Shown here: one piece after another, positions 28,223 to 37,389 of the stretch
Layout of the letters: every line of letters begins with the position of its first letter
How positions within the stretch are numbered: the first letter of the stretch is position 1
NCBI GenBank assembly: GCA_945860415.1
Contig: CAMAQA010000003.1
Span: forward strand, 8,982 to 72,981
Direction of reading: 5' to 3'
DNA: 64,000 nt
Source of the DNA: Bacteriovorax stolpii
Lineage (GTDB): Bacteria > Bdellovibrionota > UBA1018
Position numbers and translations under genes: made by a program
Notes under the pieces: generated by a model
The model's database searches: none
What the model was told of the DNA's origin: nothing
Seen by the model: only the letters and a program-made list of their open reading frames with translations

Positions 28223-28738
28223 ATGACGATGCCAACAGAGCCGTTCACTTCGATCGAAACCAAGATTCATGTCATCCGCGCTCAGCGGGTGATGCTCGAC
28301 TCCGACCTGGCCGAGCTTTACGGGATTCAGACGATGCACCTAAACCAGGCGGTGCGTCGCAACGCCGATCGCTTTCCTTCTGATTTTATGTTTACCCTGA
28401 CAATTCAGGAGCTTAGGAACTTGATATCACAGAATGTGATATCAAGTTCGGCATGGGGCGGCCGCCGTAAACCCGCTCTCGCCTTCACCGAACAGGGCGT
28501 GGCCATGCTGTCTTCGGTGCTCAATAGCCCTACCGCCATTCAGGTCAATATCGCCATCATGCGGGCCTTCGTTCAAATGCGCCGAGTCCTACTTTCGAAC
28601 GCGGAGTTCGAAACTCGACTGAACGAGCTCGAGTCCAAATACGACCGCAATTTTGGAATCGTCTTCAAGGCCATCCGCGACCTCATGGATGTCGCCTCCA
28701 CTCCTCGGAAGAGAATCCAGGGCCTCGGGTCGGAGTAG
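28223..28738 (+). CDS. ORF6N-domain protein (phage KilA/antirepressor N-terminal-like)
   Basis: VMLDSDLAELYG..T..LNQAVRRN..RFP.DFMF.LT matches the ORF6N consensus. A 31-bp palindrome lies inside the CDS. Confidence 0.65.
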   Translation: MTMPTEPFTSIETKIHVIRAQRVMLDSDLAELYGIQTMHLNQAVRRNADRFPSDFMFTLTIQELRNLISQNVISSSAWGGRRKPALAFTEQGVAMLSSVLNSPTAIQVNIAIMRAFVQMRRVLLSNAEFETRLNELESKYDRNFGIVFKAIRDLMDVASTPRKRIQGLGSE

Positions 28739-28796
28739 ACTGTCTGGCTCAACCCGGGCTGCTCGGCGCAGGCGGCCAAGAATGTTTGCTCCTCAT

Positions 28797-28825
28797 ACCT
28801 CCATTTTTATGATAAAAATGGAGGT
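28797..28825. promoter_or_regulatory. 12-bp perfect inverted repeat (ACCTCCATTTTT-ATGAT-AAAAATGGAGGT) that abuts the AAA-ATPase start codon and includes its GGAGG Shine-Dalgarno sequence
   Basis: Read directly from the sequence. It would form a hairpin in the mRNA that sequesters the RBS, or could be an operator. Confidence 0.5.
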
Positions 28826-29989
28826 ATGATCTCCAGATCCATTAAACATCCGGAACAAACGAGTTTTTTTCTATTTGGACCGCGCGGTACGGGCAAGTCC
28901 ACATGGCTGAAACAGGAGTTTCCCGCTGATGTTCTGGTCGACTGCCTCGACGACAGCGTCTTCCGCCGGCTGCTCGCCCACCCCGAGCGCCTCAGTGATT
29001 GGATTCCACCGGCTCATACCGGGTGGGTGATCATCGACGAGGTTCAACGCATCCCCGCGGTTCTCAACGAGGTCCACCGGCTGATCGAGGGTCGGGGGCT
29101 GAAGTTCATCCTGACAGGGTCGAGCGCCCGAAAGCTACGGCGAGAGACCGCCAATCTGCTCGCCGGACGGGCCATCCGAAAAGAGATGCATCCCCTGTCA
29201 GCGATCGAGCTCAAAAGCGATTTTCACCTCGATCGTGCCCTGAACCGCGGGCTGCTTCCTCAGGCTTACCTTGCCGACAGCGACGCCCTGGCACGCTCGT
29301 ATCTCGAAAGCTATCTGGCAACCTACCTGAAAGAGGAAGTGCAGGAGGAGAGACTCGTGCGCCGGCTGGACGACTTCGCGAGATTTCTCGAAGCGGCGTC
29401 CTACTCGCAAGGCGCCGTACTGAACGTTTCGAGAGTGGCCGAAGACTGCTCGATCGGAAGAAAGGCAGCCGAGGGGTACTTTGAAATCCTGATCGATCTC
29501 TTGATTGCGCATCGTCTGCCGATTTTTTCGCGACGAGCGAAAAGAAAACTCATTCGTCATGAAAAGTTCTATTTCTTCGACGCCGGAGTCTTCCGCGCAC
29601 TGCGCCCCAGGGGCCCGCTCGACAGCGAGGCAGAGATCAACGGGCTTGCGCTCGAAACCCTCGTTTTTCAAGAGCTTCGAGCGGTCAACGATGCGCTCGA
29701 ACTCGGGTACCAGCTGTATTTTTGGCGAACGCACCAGCAGCAGGAGGTCGATTTTGTTCTGTATGGACGGCAGGGGTTTCACGCCATCGAGATCAAGGCA
29801 TCGGCCAGACTTCGCGAAACCGAAGACCTCAGGGACCTGAAAGCCTTTCTACAAGATTATCCCGAGGCCTCAGCCACGCTGTTTTACCTCGGCCAGCAGA
29901 CGATGCACCTCGGCGCCATGACCGTCCGGCCCGTTCAGGACCTCTTCGACGGCACCTGGTGGTCGTCGATTGCACCGGCCGGGAATTGA
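28826..29989 (+). CDS. AAA+ ATPase, AAA_14 + DUF4143 architecture
   Basis: Walker A GPRGTGKST, Walker B IIDEVQ, and a C-terminal DUF4143-like region. Preceded by a 12-bp inverted repeat that includes the RBS. Confidence 0.8.
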   Translation: MISRSIKHPEQTSFFLFGPRGTGKSTWLKQEFPADVLVDCLDDSVFRRLLAHPERLSDWIPPAHTGWVIIDEVQRIPAVLNEVHRLIEGRGLKFILTGSSARKLRRETANLLAGRAIRKEMHPLSAIELKSDFHLDRALNRGLLPQAYLADSDALARSYLESYLATYLKEEVQEERLVRRLDDFARFLEAASYSQGAVLNVSRVAEDCSIGRKAAEGYFEILIDLLIAHRLPIFSRRAKRKLIRHEKFYFFDAGVFRALRPRGPLDSEAEINGLALETLVFQELRAVNDALELGYQLYFWRTHQQQEVDFVLYGRQGFHAIEIKASARLRETEDLRDLKAFLQDYPEASATLFYLGQQTMHLGAMTVRPVQDLFDGTWWSSIAPAGN

Positions 29990-29994
29990 GGGCG

Positions 29995-30381
29995 CTACTT
30001 TTTCGGACGCATGCGACGCTCGAGCCAGCTCGCGATGACTGCGAGATCACACTTCTCTTGAATCACCTTCTGGATGATGAATGCCTCACCGTCGGACGCA
30101 GAGACTTCGATGCGAAACCCGTTGACGCTCAAAAAAACGGCCGCCGCCGCAAAGGCCACTCTCTTATTGCCATCGATGAAAGCGTGATTCAGGGCGAAAC
30201 TCTGTAAAAGAGCCGCCGCCTGAATGGAAAGGGTCTCGTAATAGCCACTTTTTGGCCGATGAATGGCGCTCTCGACGAGACCTAAATCTCGAACCCCAGG
30301 GCTTCCGCCGAATTGCTCGATGAGCATTTGGTGAAGTTCTAAAGCTTCTTCGACCGAAAGGTAACCCGTCGTCTTGGTCAT
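29995..30381 (-). CDS. doc: Type II toxin, death-on-curing (Doc)/Fic family
   Basis: HAFIDGNKRVAFAAA, the Doc variant of the Fic motif HxFxDGNKR. 128 aa. Confidence 0.85.
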   Translation of the reverse strand: MTKTTGYLSVEEALELHQMLIEQFGGSPGVRDLGLVESAIHRPKSGYYETLSIQAAALLQSFALNHAFIDGNKRVAFAAAAVFLSVNGFRIEVSASDGEAFIIQKVIQEKCDLAVIASWLERRMRPKK

Positions 30382-30611
30382 TTCGCCAGCCGATCCAACA
30401 ACTCAGCGTGTTCCGCCAGAACCTCTTGAGCGGCCTCACGAAAGGCGGGGCGAAGTCGCGCACGAGTGAGGTACTCTTGAACGGCGTCCGTCAGCACTGA
30501 AGAGATGCTTCGGTCATTCTCTTTCACGAAGGCCTTGAGCTCGTTCAGAGTTTCTTCATCGATTTGAGAGGCGAATTTGACTGCTTTGGCCATAGTGGTG
30601 CTAGTATTCAT
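30378..30611 (-). CDS. Antitoxin, ribbon-helix-helix (CopG/Phd-like), partner of Doc
   Basis: 77 aa with a 4-nt overlap to doc. Contains an RHH-like segment (SISSVLTDAVQEYL). Confidence 0.65.
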   Translation of the reverse strand: MNTSTTMAKAVKFASQIDEETLNELKAFVKENDRSISSVLTDAVQEYLTRARLRPAFREAAQEVLAEHAELLDRLAK

Positions 30612-30624
30612 GAAATTTCATGAA
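30607..30624. promoter_or_regulatory. 18-bp perfect palindrome TTCATGAAATTTCATGAA overlapping the Phd-antitoxin start codon, within an AT-rich divergent intergenic region
   Basis: Read directly from the sequence. The 30612..30767 region is far more AT-rich than the flanks and also carries direct repeats CGTTTCACGTTTCGTTTCAC. Confidence 0.5.
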
Positions 30625-30767
30625 CCGTCAAGATGATAAACCTGCGGCACCAGCGCCATTTGTTTCGTGGGACAACGCAAATAATTAATTTTTATCCATT
30701 ATTTCAATGACTTATTTGTATTATTTCGTTTCACGTTTCGTTTCACATCCTGTGCTATCCTGCCTCT

Positions 30768-32129
30768 GTGCCCCTACCGAAGCGCCCACCCTCTGACCGC
30801 TCCGCCGCCCTCGTTGCGGCGCTACGCACCGGGCCCAAGAGTACCCGCGATCTGATCGATCAGCTTCAGATCAGCCGAGCCACCCTGTCGCGCCTGGTAG
30901 GCACCCTCTCTGACCGAGTACTTCGGATCGGCGCTACACGCTCGACCCGCTACGCCCTGATCGAGCCAATTCCCGACCTGGGGCATCCGCTTCCGTACTT
31001 CAGGGTCACAGAAGAGGGGCAGTTGCTGCCCGCCGGAAAGCTGAGCTTGCTTGGCGGAACCCCCCGGCACTCGCAGTTTCACGTCGATCCGCTCGATGAA
31101 ATCCTGCAGGGTCTGCCCCCCGAAATGGCGGACATGACTCCGCAAGGATTTCTCGGTCGCCACTTCGCTCGCGAGCATGCCGAGAGCCTGAACATTCCCT
31201 CACGTCCTCAGGACTGGTCGAATGCCCACATCCTTCGGTTCGAAGCGCTCCGAGGAGAGAATCTTCCTGGAAACCTGATTCTGGGCGAGTCCAGCGCCGA
31301 ACGATTTCTGAACAGCGCCGTCGCACCGATCGCGGGCGAGCATGACTATCCTGCGGTCGCCCTGCAGGCACTCCGGGGACAGTCGGCGGGCTCGTCGGCA
31401 GGCGGAGAGCAGCCGAAGTTTTCGGTGCTGACGGCCCGCGGTCACGCCTTGGTCAAGTTTGCCGGACGAACCGCCCCCAATCAACCGCCCACACCCGCGC
31501 AAGCTCGATGGCGCGACCTGCTTCACGCCGAATTCGTTGCACTGAAGGTGATTCGAGAAGCGGGCCTGCCGGCAGCCGAGGCGCGCCTCATCGACACTCC
31601 GGAACTGACCTTTCTAGAAGTGCTGCGCTTTGATCGGTGCGGACCGAGAGGCCGCCGCCCCGTCCTCACCCTTGCAGCGGTCGACCTTCATCTCTTTGGC
31701 CAGATGGATACCTGGAGTCGGTCGGCTGCGCGTCTCGCACACTTGAAAATCCTCAGTGAGGCCGACCGACGCGCGATTCAGCTCATCGAGGCTTTCAGCA
31801 TCCTGATCGAGGATACCGACCGGCACTTTCACAATCTGGCTTTCTTTCGAGTCGGTCTTCCGGATGCTGAATTAGGAATTCCTGCTGGCACTCCGTCGCT
31901 GCAGCTTGCTCCGATCTTTGACAAGCTACCGATGATGCACGCACCCGTTGCTGAGCGCGTTTTTACTCCTGAAGAACGACGAACCCAGCTGACGAAAAAT
32001 GTACCGCCTCCACCCGAGCTCTGGGACGCCTGGGCGGCCGCAGAAAAGCTAGCCCAGCGCTACCGTGACGAAATCGCCGAAACTCAGGCGCTATCGCCCG
32101 CATTCCGCCGGGCGCTGAGCCAGCGCTAG
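30768..32129 (+). CDS. hipA: HipA-family serine/threonine kinase toxin with a fused N-terminal HTH region (GTG start)
   Basis: GEQPKFSV (HipA GxQxKF motif) and DTDRHFHNLAF (HipA catalytic D.H.N motif). The N-terminal 60 aa are HTH-like. Confidence 0.7.
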   Translation: MPLPKRPPSDRSAALVAALRTGPKSTRDLIDQLQISRATLSRLVGTLSDRVLRIGATRSTRYALIEPIPDLGHPLPYFRVTEEGQLLPAGKLSLLGGTPRHSQFHVDPLDEILQGLPPEMADMTPQGFLGRHFAREHAESLNIPSRPQDWSNAHILRFEALRGENLPGNLILGESSAERFLNSAVAPIAGEHDYPAVALQALRGQSAGSSAGGEQPKFSVLTARGHALVKFAGRTAPNQPPTPAQARWRDLLHAEFVALKVIREAGLPAAEARLIDTPELTFLEVLRFDRCGPRGRRPVLTLAAVDLHLFGQMDTWSRSAARLAHLKILSEADRRAIQLIEAFSILIEDTDRHFHNLAFFRVGLPDAELGIPAGTPSLQLAPIFDKLPMMHAPVAERVFTPEERRTQLTKNVPPPPELWDAWAAAEKLAQRYRDEIAETQALSPAFRRALSQR

Positions 32130-32237
32130 CCAGATTTAAAGTGACAGTTTAAATTCGGCTATTGCAACTGGGATGGCATGTCGGCCGGATGATGACCTTG
32201 CCTTTTCTCTCCCCCTGCGGCTAACTCGACAACCATC

Positions 32238-33113
32238 ATGAAAGGCATTCTCCTCGCAGGCGGCAGCGGAACGCGGCTCTATCCATTGACCCTGGCAGTC
32301 AGCAAGCAGCTGCTGCCGGTGTATGACAAGCCGACCATCTACTATCCCCTCTCGACTCTGATGCTGGCGGGCATCCGCGAAATTCTGGTCATCAGCACGC
32401 CTCGAGATCTGCCGATGATTCGCGCACTCCTGGGCGACGGATCAGATTACGGAATTCACCTCGAGTACGCCGAACAGGCCAAGCCCGAAGGCATTGCGCA
32501 GGCGTTTCATCTGGGCGCAGACTTTCTGGGCAACAGCCCCGCCTGCCTGATCCTGGGCGATAACCTCTTTTACGGCCACGACATGGTTCCGCTTCTTGGG
32601 CAGGCCGCGCGGCTCCAAACGGGGGCCTGTGTTTTTGGCTACCATGTCCACGACCCCGAACGTTACGGCGTGGTCGAGTTCGACTCGCACGGCAAAGCCC
32701 TTTCACTCGAAGAAAAGCCGAAAAAACCCAAGAGCAATTGGGCCGTCACGGGCCTGTACTTTTACGACGGCTCGGTGGTCGACCGTGCGCGGGCACTGAA
32801 GCCCTCCGCGCGCGGAGAGTACGAGATTACCGACCTGAACAAATCCTACCTCGCTGATGGTTCGCTCGATGTGAAGCTTCTGGGTCGCGGCGTGGCCTGG
32901 CTGGATACCGGCACTCCCGAATCGCTCATTTCGTCGTCACAGTTCGTTCAGACGATCGAACTGCGCCAGGGGCTCAAGATTGCCTGCCTCGAAGAAATTG
33001 CCTACGGCCAGGGATTCATCTCCCGCGACAAGCTTGCTGAACGCGCCGAGTTCCTCGGCAAGAGCGCCTACGGCCAGTACCTGAAATGGCTGCTGAATCC
33101 GCGAGCCTTGTAA
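32238..33113 (+). CDS. rfbA: Glucose-1-phosphate thymidylyltransferase
   Basis: [17 protein letters not shown]...[27 protein letters not shown], canonical RmlA. Confidence 0.95.
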   Translation: MKGILLAGGSGTRLYPLTLAVSKQLLPVYDKPTIYYPLSTLMLAGIREILVISTPRDLPMIRALLGDGSDYGIHLEYAEQAKPEGIAQAFHLGADFLGNSPACLILGDNLFYGHDMVPLLGQAARLQTGACVFGYHVHDPERYGVVEFDSHGKALSLEEKPKKPKSNWAVTGLYFYDGSVVDRARALKPSARGEYEITDLNKSYLADGSLDVKLLGRGVAWLDTGTPESLISSSQFVQTIELRQGLKIACLEEIAYGQGFISRDKLAERAEFLGKSAYGQYLKWLLNPRAL

Positions 33114-33134
33114 AAATCGTCATGATGACGAAAA

Positions 33135-33155
33135 TTGCAAGGGCCTTGCATTTTT
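33135..33155 (+). terminator. Rho-independent terminator after rfbA
   Basis: The GC stem TTGCAAGG / CCTTGCA is followed by TTTTT. Confidence 0.6.
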
Positions 33156-33181
33156 CGTCATCATGCTAAAAAATACAAGGC

Positions 33182-34402
33182 ATGTTCCACTTTCGTCCGC
33201 GCCACGGACTGGAACTCTTTAGAAACCTTTCGAGCTTCAGCCCGATCGTCGGCATCTTCGGCCACCGTCAGGTGGGAAAAACCACCTTTGCCGAGCGTTT
33301 GGCGTCTTCGTATTGCACGTTCGACTCGAAGTCGACGCGCGATGCGGCGACGGCTGATCCCGCCCAATTCCTCGCTGCCCTCGGACGAAAACCTGCGGTG
33401 ATTGACGAGTGCCAGATGGTTCCTGACCTGTTTCCGGAGCTCAAAGACTACGTTCGAACCCATAAAAAACCGGGACAGATCATCCTCACCGGCTCGGTCC
33501 GCTTTTCGAGCCGTCGTGCCATTCGTGAATCCCTGACCGGGCGGATCGTGACACTCGAACTACTTCCGTTCTGCCTGACCGAGATTCTCGGGCACCCACG
33601 CTCCACCCTGGCACTAAAGCTGATCGGACTGCCTCGGCTCTCGGCCGCATGGGAGAATTCGCTCGGGCGAGGCGAACTTTCGGCCCGACAGCGCGCACTT
33701 CAAGACTACCTGGTGAGTGGCGGCCTCCCTGGTCTTTTCGCCATGCGAAACCCTCGGCTAAGAACCGAACGACTACGAGACCAGGTCGAGCTGATCCTGA
33801 GCCGTGACCTTCAACTCGTGCATCCGACCAGCCTGCCGTTCACCCAAATGATGGACCTGATGCGCGCCCTCAGCCGAGGCGAAAGCCACCCCGTCCATCC
33901 GACGCTCATTCGCAAGGAAACCCGGATTTCAGAAACCACCCAGAAAAAGCTACTGGGGGCGCTGGAGTCGGTTTTTCTGATCCGGCAGATTCCAGTGGAA
34001 GGCCAGCGAAAAGGAGTCAGCGTCTTCTTTGAAGACCAGCTCGAGCATCGCCACCTTCACGGTGAGGGCGTTTCGCCCGATCATGCCTTTGAAATGGCGG
34101 TCTGGCGAAACCTTCGTGCCACCTTCAACTATGAAACCGGCCTCGACTGGAGCTGTTTTCAGTTCATCGAAAAAGCGGGCCGAAGGCGCGTGCCATTCGC
34201 GTTCAGAACTCCTGGTGGCACGATCGCCATTCTACCTACTCTGGACAAAACGCCGAGCCGGCAGACTCTTGATTCAGCGCGGGAGTTTCTCCAGCGCTAC
34301 AATCAATCCCTGGCGCTCATCGTGACCCAGGGCCAACCGTCGACCGAGGTCCTTGACCCGAGAATTTTGCAAATTCCCGCCGAAAGGCTACTTTTCGAAT
34401 GA
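33182..34402 (+). CDS. AAA+ ATPase, AAA_14 + DUF4143 architecture (second copy, divergent paralog)
   Basis: Walker A GHRQVGKTT and Walker B VIDECQ. Inserted between rfbA and rfbD. Confidence 0.8.
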   Translation: MFHFRPRHGLELFRNLSSFSPIVGIFGHRQVGKTTFAERLASSYCTFDSKSTRDAATADPAQFLAALGRKPAVIDECQMVPDLFPELKDYVRTHKKPGQIILTGSVRFSSRRAIRESLTGRIVTLELLPFCLTEILGHPRSTLALKLIGLPRLSAAWENSLGRGELSARQRALQDYLVSGGLPGLFAMRNPRLRTERLRDQVELILSRDLQLVHPTSLPFTQMMDLMRALSRGESHPVHPTLIRKETRISETTQKKLLGALESVFLIRQIPVEGQRKGVSVFFEDQLEHRHLHGEGVSPDHAFEMAVWRNLRATFNYETGLDWSCFQFIEKAGRRRVPFAFRTPGGTIAILPTLDKTPSRQTLDSAREFLQRYNQSLALIVTQGQPSTEVLDPRILQIPAERLLFE

Positions 34403-34457
34403 CGACCCGCAAACTGCCCTTGCCCGCCGGCTGCGCGGAAACTACGGTGGATTCGAA

Positions 34458-35393
34458 ATGAATTCCGCCTTTGATCGCGTTCTCGTCACGGGAGTCACCG
34501 GCCAGGTGGGCCGAGCCCTCATCGAACAGCTCGGCGTTCACCGCTGCGTGGCTGCATCACGAGCCGTGCTTCCGCTCGACTTTCCGGAAACCATCCCGCA
34601 TCGGCTGGATTACTTTCGCCCTCGCGCCATCATCAACGCCGGGGCCTACACGGCCGTGGACCAGGCAGAATCGCCCGATGAGGCCATTTTCGTGAAAGCC
34701 ATCAACGAGGAGTCGCCCGCGAAGATGGGCCAGTGGTGCGCGAGGAACAGAGTACCTCTCATTCACTTCTCGACCGATTACGTCTTCGACGGCTCCGGAG
34801 ATGCCCCCCGGACCGAAGAGTCGCCCACGGGTCCGCTGAATGCTTACGGTTTGAGCAAACGTGCGGGTGAAGAGGCCATTCTGGCAAGCGGCTGCCGCGC
34901 GCTGATCTTTCGGACCTCGTGGGTCTATGATCATCAGGGAAAAAACTTCTTCCGGACGATGTTGAAGCTCGGAGCCGAGCGCGAGCAGCTGCGAGTGGTC
35001 GGAGACCAGATCGGCGCCCCGACCTTTGCCCCCCAGCTTGCCCACGCGGCGATCCTCGCACTCGAGAATGCTCTCGAGATCGAGGAGAAAACAGGTCAGT
35101 TTCCGACGGGCGTCTACCACCTCTGCCACTCTGGAGACACCTCGTGGCATGGCTTTGCCGAGGAGATCTTCGAAGGCGCTCGCGAACGCGGAATTCCGCT
35201 CCAGGTTGAGGAAGTGAAGCAGATCGCCACCGCGGAATACCCTACGCCAGCTCGACGCCCGCTCAACTCGCGGCTCGATTGCTCGAAAGCGGACCGGGTA
35301 CTCGGAGTGCGCCTCCCGGACTGGCATCTGGGCCTGGAGGAGTGCCTGGATTTGTGGCTCGAACACCACTCTCGAGGAGACTCGACCTCATGA
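34458..35393 (+). CDS. rfbD: dTDP-4-dehydrorhamnose reductase
   Basis: VLVTGVTGQVGRAL, STDYVFDG, and YG.SK..GE, canonical RmlD. Confidence 0.9.
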   Translation: MNSAFDRVLVTGVTGQVGRALIEQLGVHRCVAASRAVLPLDFPETIPHRLDYFRPRAIINAGAYTAVDQAESPDEAIFVKAINEESPAKMGQWCARNRVPLIHFSTDYVFDGSGDAPRTEESPTGPLNAYGLSKRAGEEAILASGCRALIFRTSWVYDHQGKNFFRTMLKLGAEREQLRVVGDQIGAPTFAPQLAHAAILALENALEIEEKTGQFPTGVYHLCHSGDTSWHGFAEEIFEGARERGIPLQVEEVKQIATAEYPTPARRPLNSRLDCSKADRVLGVRLPDWHLGLEECLDLWLEHHSRGDSTS

Positions 35394-35953
35394 GCACGAC
35401 ACCTTTTTCGGTCACCTCACTCGAGCTGGAAGGCCTCAAGCTGGTACAGCTGGCAGTCCATGGCGATTCACGCGGATTTTTCGTCGAGCGCTTCCAGCTG
35501 GAGCGCTTCAGGCAGAATGGGCTTCCGACGGAGTTCGCGCAGGACAATCATTCGCGCTCCGCTCCAGGCGTGCTCCGCGGGCTTCACTACCAAATGAATC
35601 CAGCCCAGGGAAAACTCGTGGGTGTGGTGCGCGGCGCGATACTCGATGTCGTCGTCGACATCCGCAAGGCGTCGGCCACCTTTGGCCGCCATATCGCGGT
35701 CGAGCTCTCCGACCTGAACGGCCGGATGCTCTGGGTTCCGGCCGGATTTGCTCATGGCTTTTGCGTGCTCGGCAGTGAACCCGCTGATGTCGTGTACAAG
35801 GTCGACGCGCTCTACAACCCCCAGTCCGAAGCCGGCATTCATCCGCTCGACCCGGATCTGGGAATCCAGTGGCCCGTGGCTTCGGCTCAGCTTTCAAAGC
35901 GCGACTCGACACTGCCCCGCTGGAGACAGTACTTCCAAGAGCCGTCCTTCTAA
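35390..35953 (+). CDS. rfbC: dTDP-4-dehydrorhamnose 3,5-epimerase
   Basis: D.RGFF.E.F...F..Q.N.S.S..GVLRGLHYQ ... P.G.AHGF, canonical RmlC. Its ATG overlaps the rfbD stop as ATGA. Confidence 0.92.
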   Translation: MSTTPFSVTSLELEGLKLVQLAVHGDSRGFFVERFQLERFRQNGLPTEFAQDNHSRSAPGVLRGLHYQMNPAQGKLVGVVRGAILDVVVDIRKASATFGRHIAVELSDLNGRMLWVPAGFAHGFCVLGSEPADVVYKVDALYNPQSEAGIHPLDPDLGIQWPVASAQLSKRDSTLPRWRQYFQEPSF

Positions 35954-37389
35954 CCCTCGTCCCTAAAAGACAGAGTCCACACCCCGGACATCGAAAGCAC
36001 ACTCACCGTCCAGCACTGCGTGGCAAACAAGGTGACACGATTTGCACTCGTGCCGAGATGCCACAAAAGGTCATTGGGGGTGCCGAGGTACACGACAACC
36101 AGAAACACCATATAACCCATGCCAGTGAGAAGGAGGACGCCACTCATCCGGGCATCTTCACGACTAGCTTTCCGACGCCAACCGAGCATCACCGCGAAGA
36201 AAGAGAACAAGAAGAGCACACCTGCATGGCTTGCAGACAAAAATAGCGACCGAAAAATCTCCACCACCGACTGTCCGTCGGTAGCCCTCGCGAGAACCCT
36301 GCTCAGGAATGACCAGTTCACGCCACCGAGATCATTTTCAACGCCAAGCCTCGAGCGAATCTCATACCAGACGATGACGCTCAGCAGACACACCCACCCG
36401 CCTCGATTCACCAAGGATCGGATCCCGATTCCGGCCACCTGACGAACCGGCAAGATCAGGAACGAAGCGCAAATGATGCAGGCCGCCGCTACTGCGCCTT
36501 CCAGTTTGCAATGCAGTGCAAGCGCCAGGAACACCAGCGACTGAACACCATGAGACGAGAACCGAGGCCCGGCCAGGGCACACAGCGCATGCAGCAGGCC
36601 CAGTAGGCCGAAATTCGCGGTCCACAAATCCATGTACCCATTCCAGGCCTTTTGACCCGGAATCATGAAAAGAATGCAAAATATTGCCAGCGAACCGATT
36701 GACGTGCGTCGGGGCAGCGCAACCCAGCCTGCCATCTGTGCAAGAAAAAAGATCACCAGGGAGCCCTTGGCCAGGCCGTCCGACCATGAAACGAATGCAG
36801 AGCCCCATGGAGAAAAGAATAAAGCTGAGCTCAGAATCGAATTCAGCCGGGGATAATCGGGATGAGAAAACGAAAACTCGGGCAGGCTCCAGCCTGCCGC
36901 AGATCCGGTGGTTCCTGAGAAAACGATCAGCTTGGAGTGCAAGAACCAGATCGAGCGGGAGTCCCAGCCCTCCAGGGGCGAGCGGAAGATCACCAGAATC
37001 AGCACAATCGATAACGAGATAATGGCAGCCCATTCTCGTCCAGGGCGATCCGTGCCGCGCTTGAATCTCAGTAACCCAAAACCTTTCGCCCAACCGAGGA
37101 CAGCAAACAAGCTCGCCAGTGGACGATGAACTGAAACTTCCGGGGCGATGAGAGCAAGCACGAGATACGCCAAAATACCCAGGCTCAGGTCGAGCGATTG
37201 CCTGAGAGCCCAGGCTTCATCACCGTGATCGGACATTCGATTCCTAAACAGGCGCCCGAAACCCACCAGAGTGAGCACCAGCAGAACAAAGGAGCTACCG
37301 GCAACGAGCAAGAACCACTCCCCCTTCACGATCGACTGGAACACACGGAGAAACCTCTTCACCAGCCAAATAGAATCGCAACGCCGCAT
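35950..37389 (-). CDS. Polytopic membrane protein (479 aa), possible O-antigen ligase/polymerase or GT-C glycosyltransferase
   Basis: At least 10 TM segments. The start codon is uncertain. Confidence 0.45.
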   Translation of the reverse strand: MRRCDSIWLVKRFLRVFQSIVKGEWFLLVAGSSFVLLVLTLVGFGRLFRNRMSDHGDEAWALRQSLDLSLGILAYLVLALIAPEVSVHRPLASLFAVLGWAKGFGLLRFKRGTDRPGREWAAIISLSIVLILVIFRSPLEGWDSRSIWFLHSKLIVFSGTTGSAAGWSLPEFSFSHPDYPRLNSILSSALFFSPWGSAFVSWSDGLAKGSLVIFFLAQMAGWVALPRRTSIGSLAIFCILFMIPGQKAWNGYMDLWTANFGLLGLLHALCALAGPRFSSHGVQSLVFLALALHCKLEGAVAAACIICASFLILPVRQVAGIGIRSLVNRGGWVCLLSVIVWYEIRSRLGVENDLGGVNWSFLSRVLARATDGQSVVEIFRSLFLSASHAGVLFLFSFFAVMLGWRRKASREDARMSGVLLLTGMGYMVFLVVVYLGTPNDLLWHLGTSANRVTLFATQCWTVSVLSMSGVWTLSFRDEG

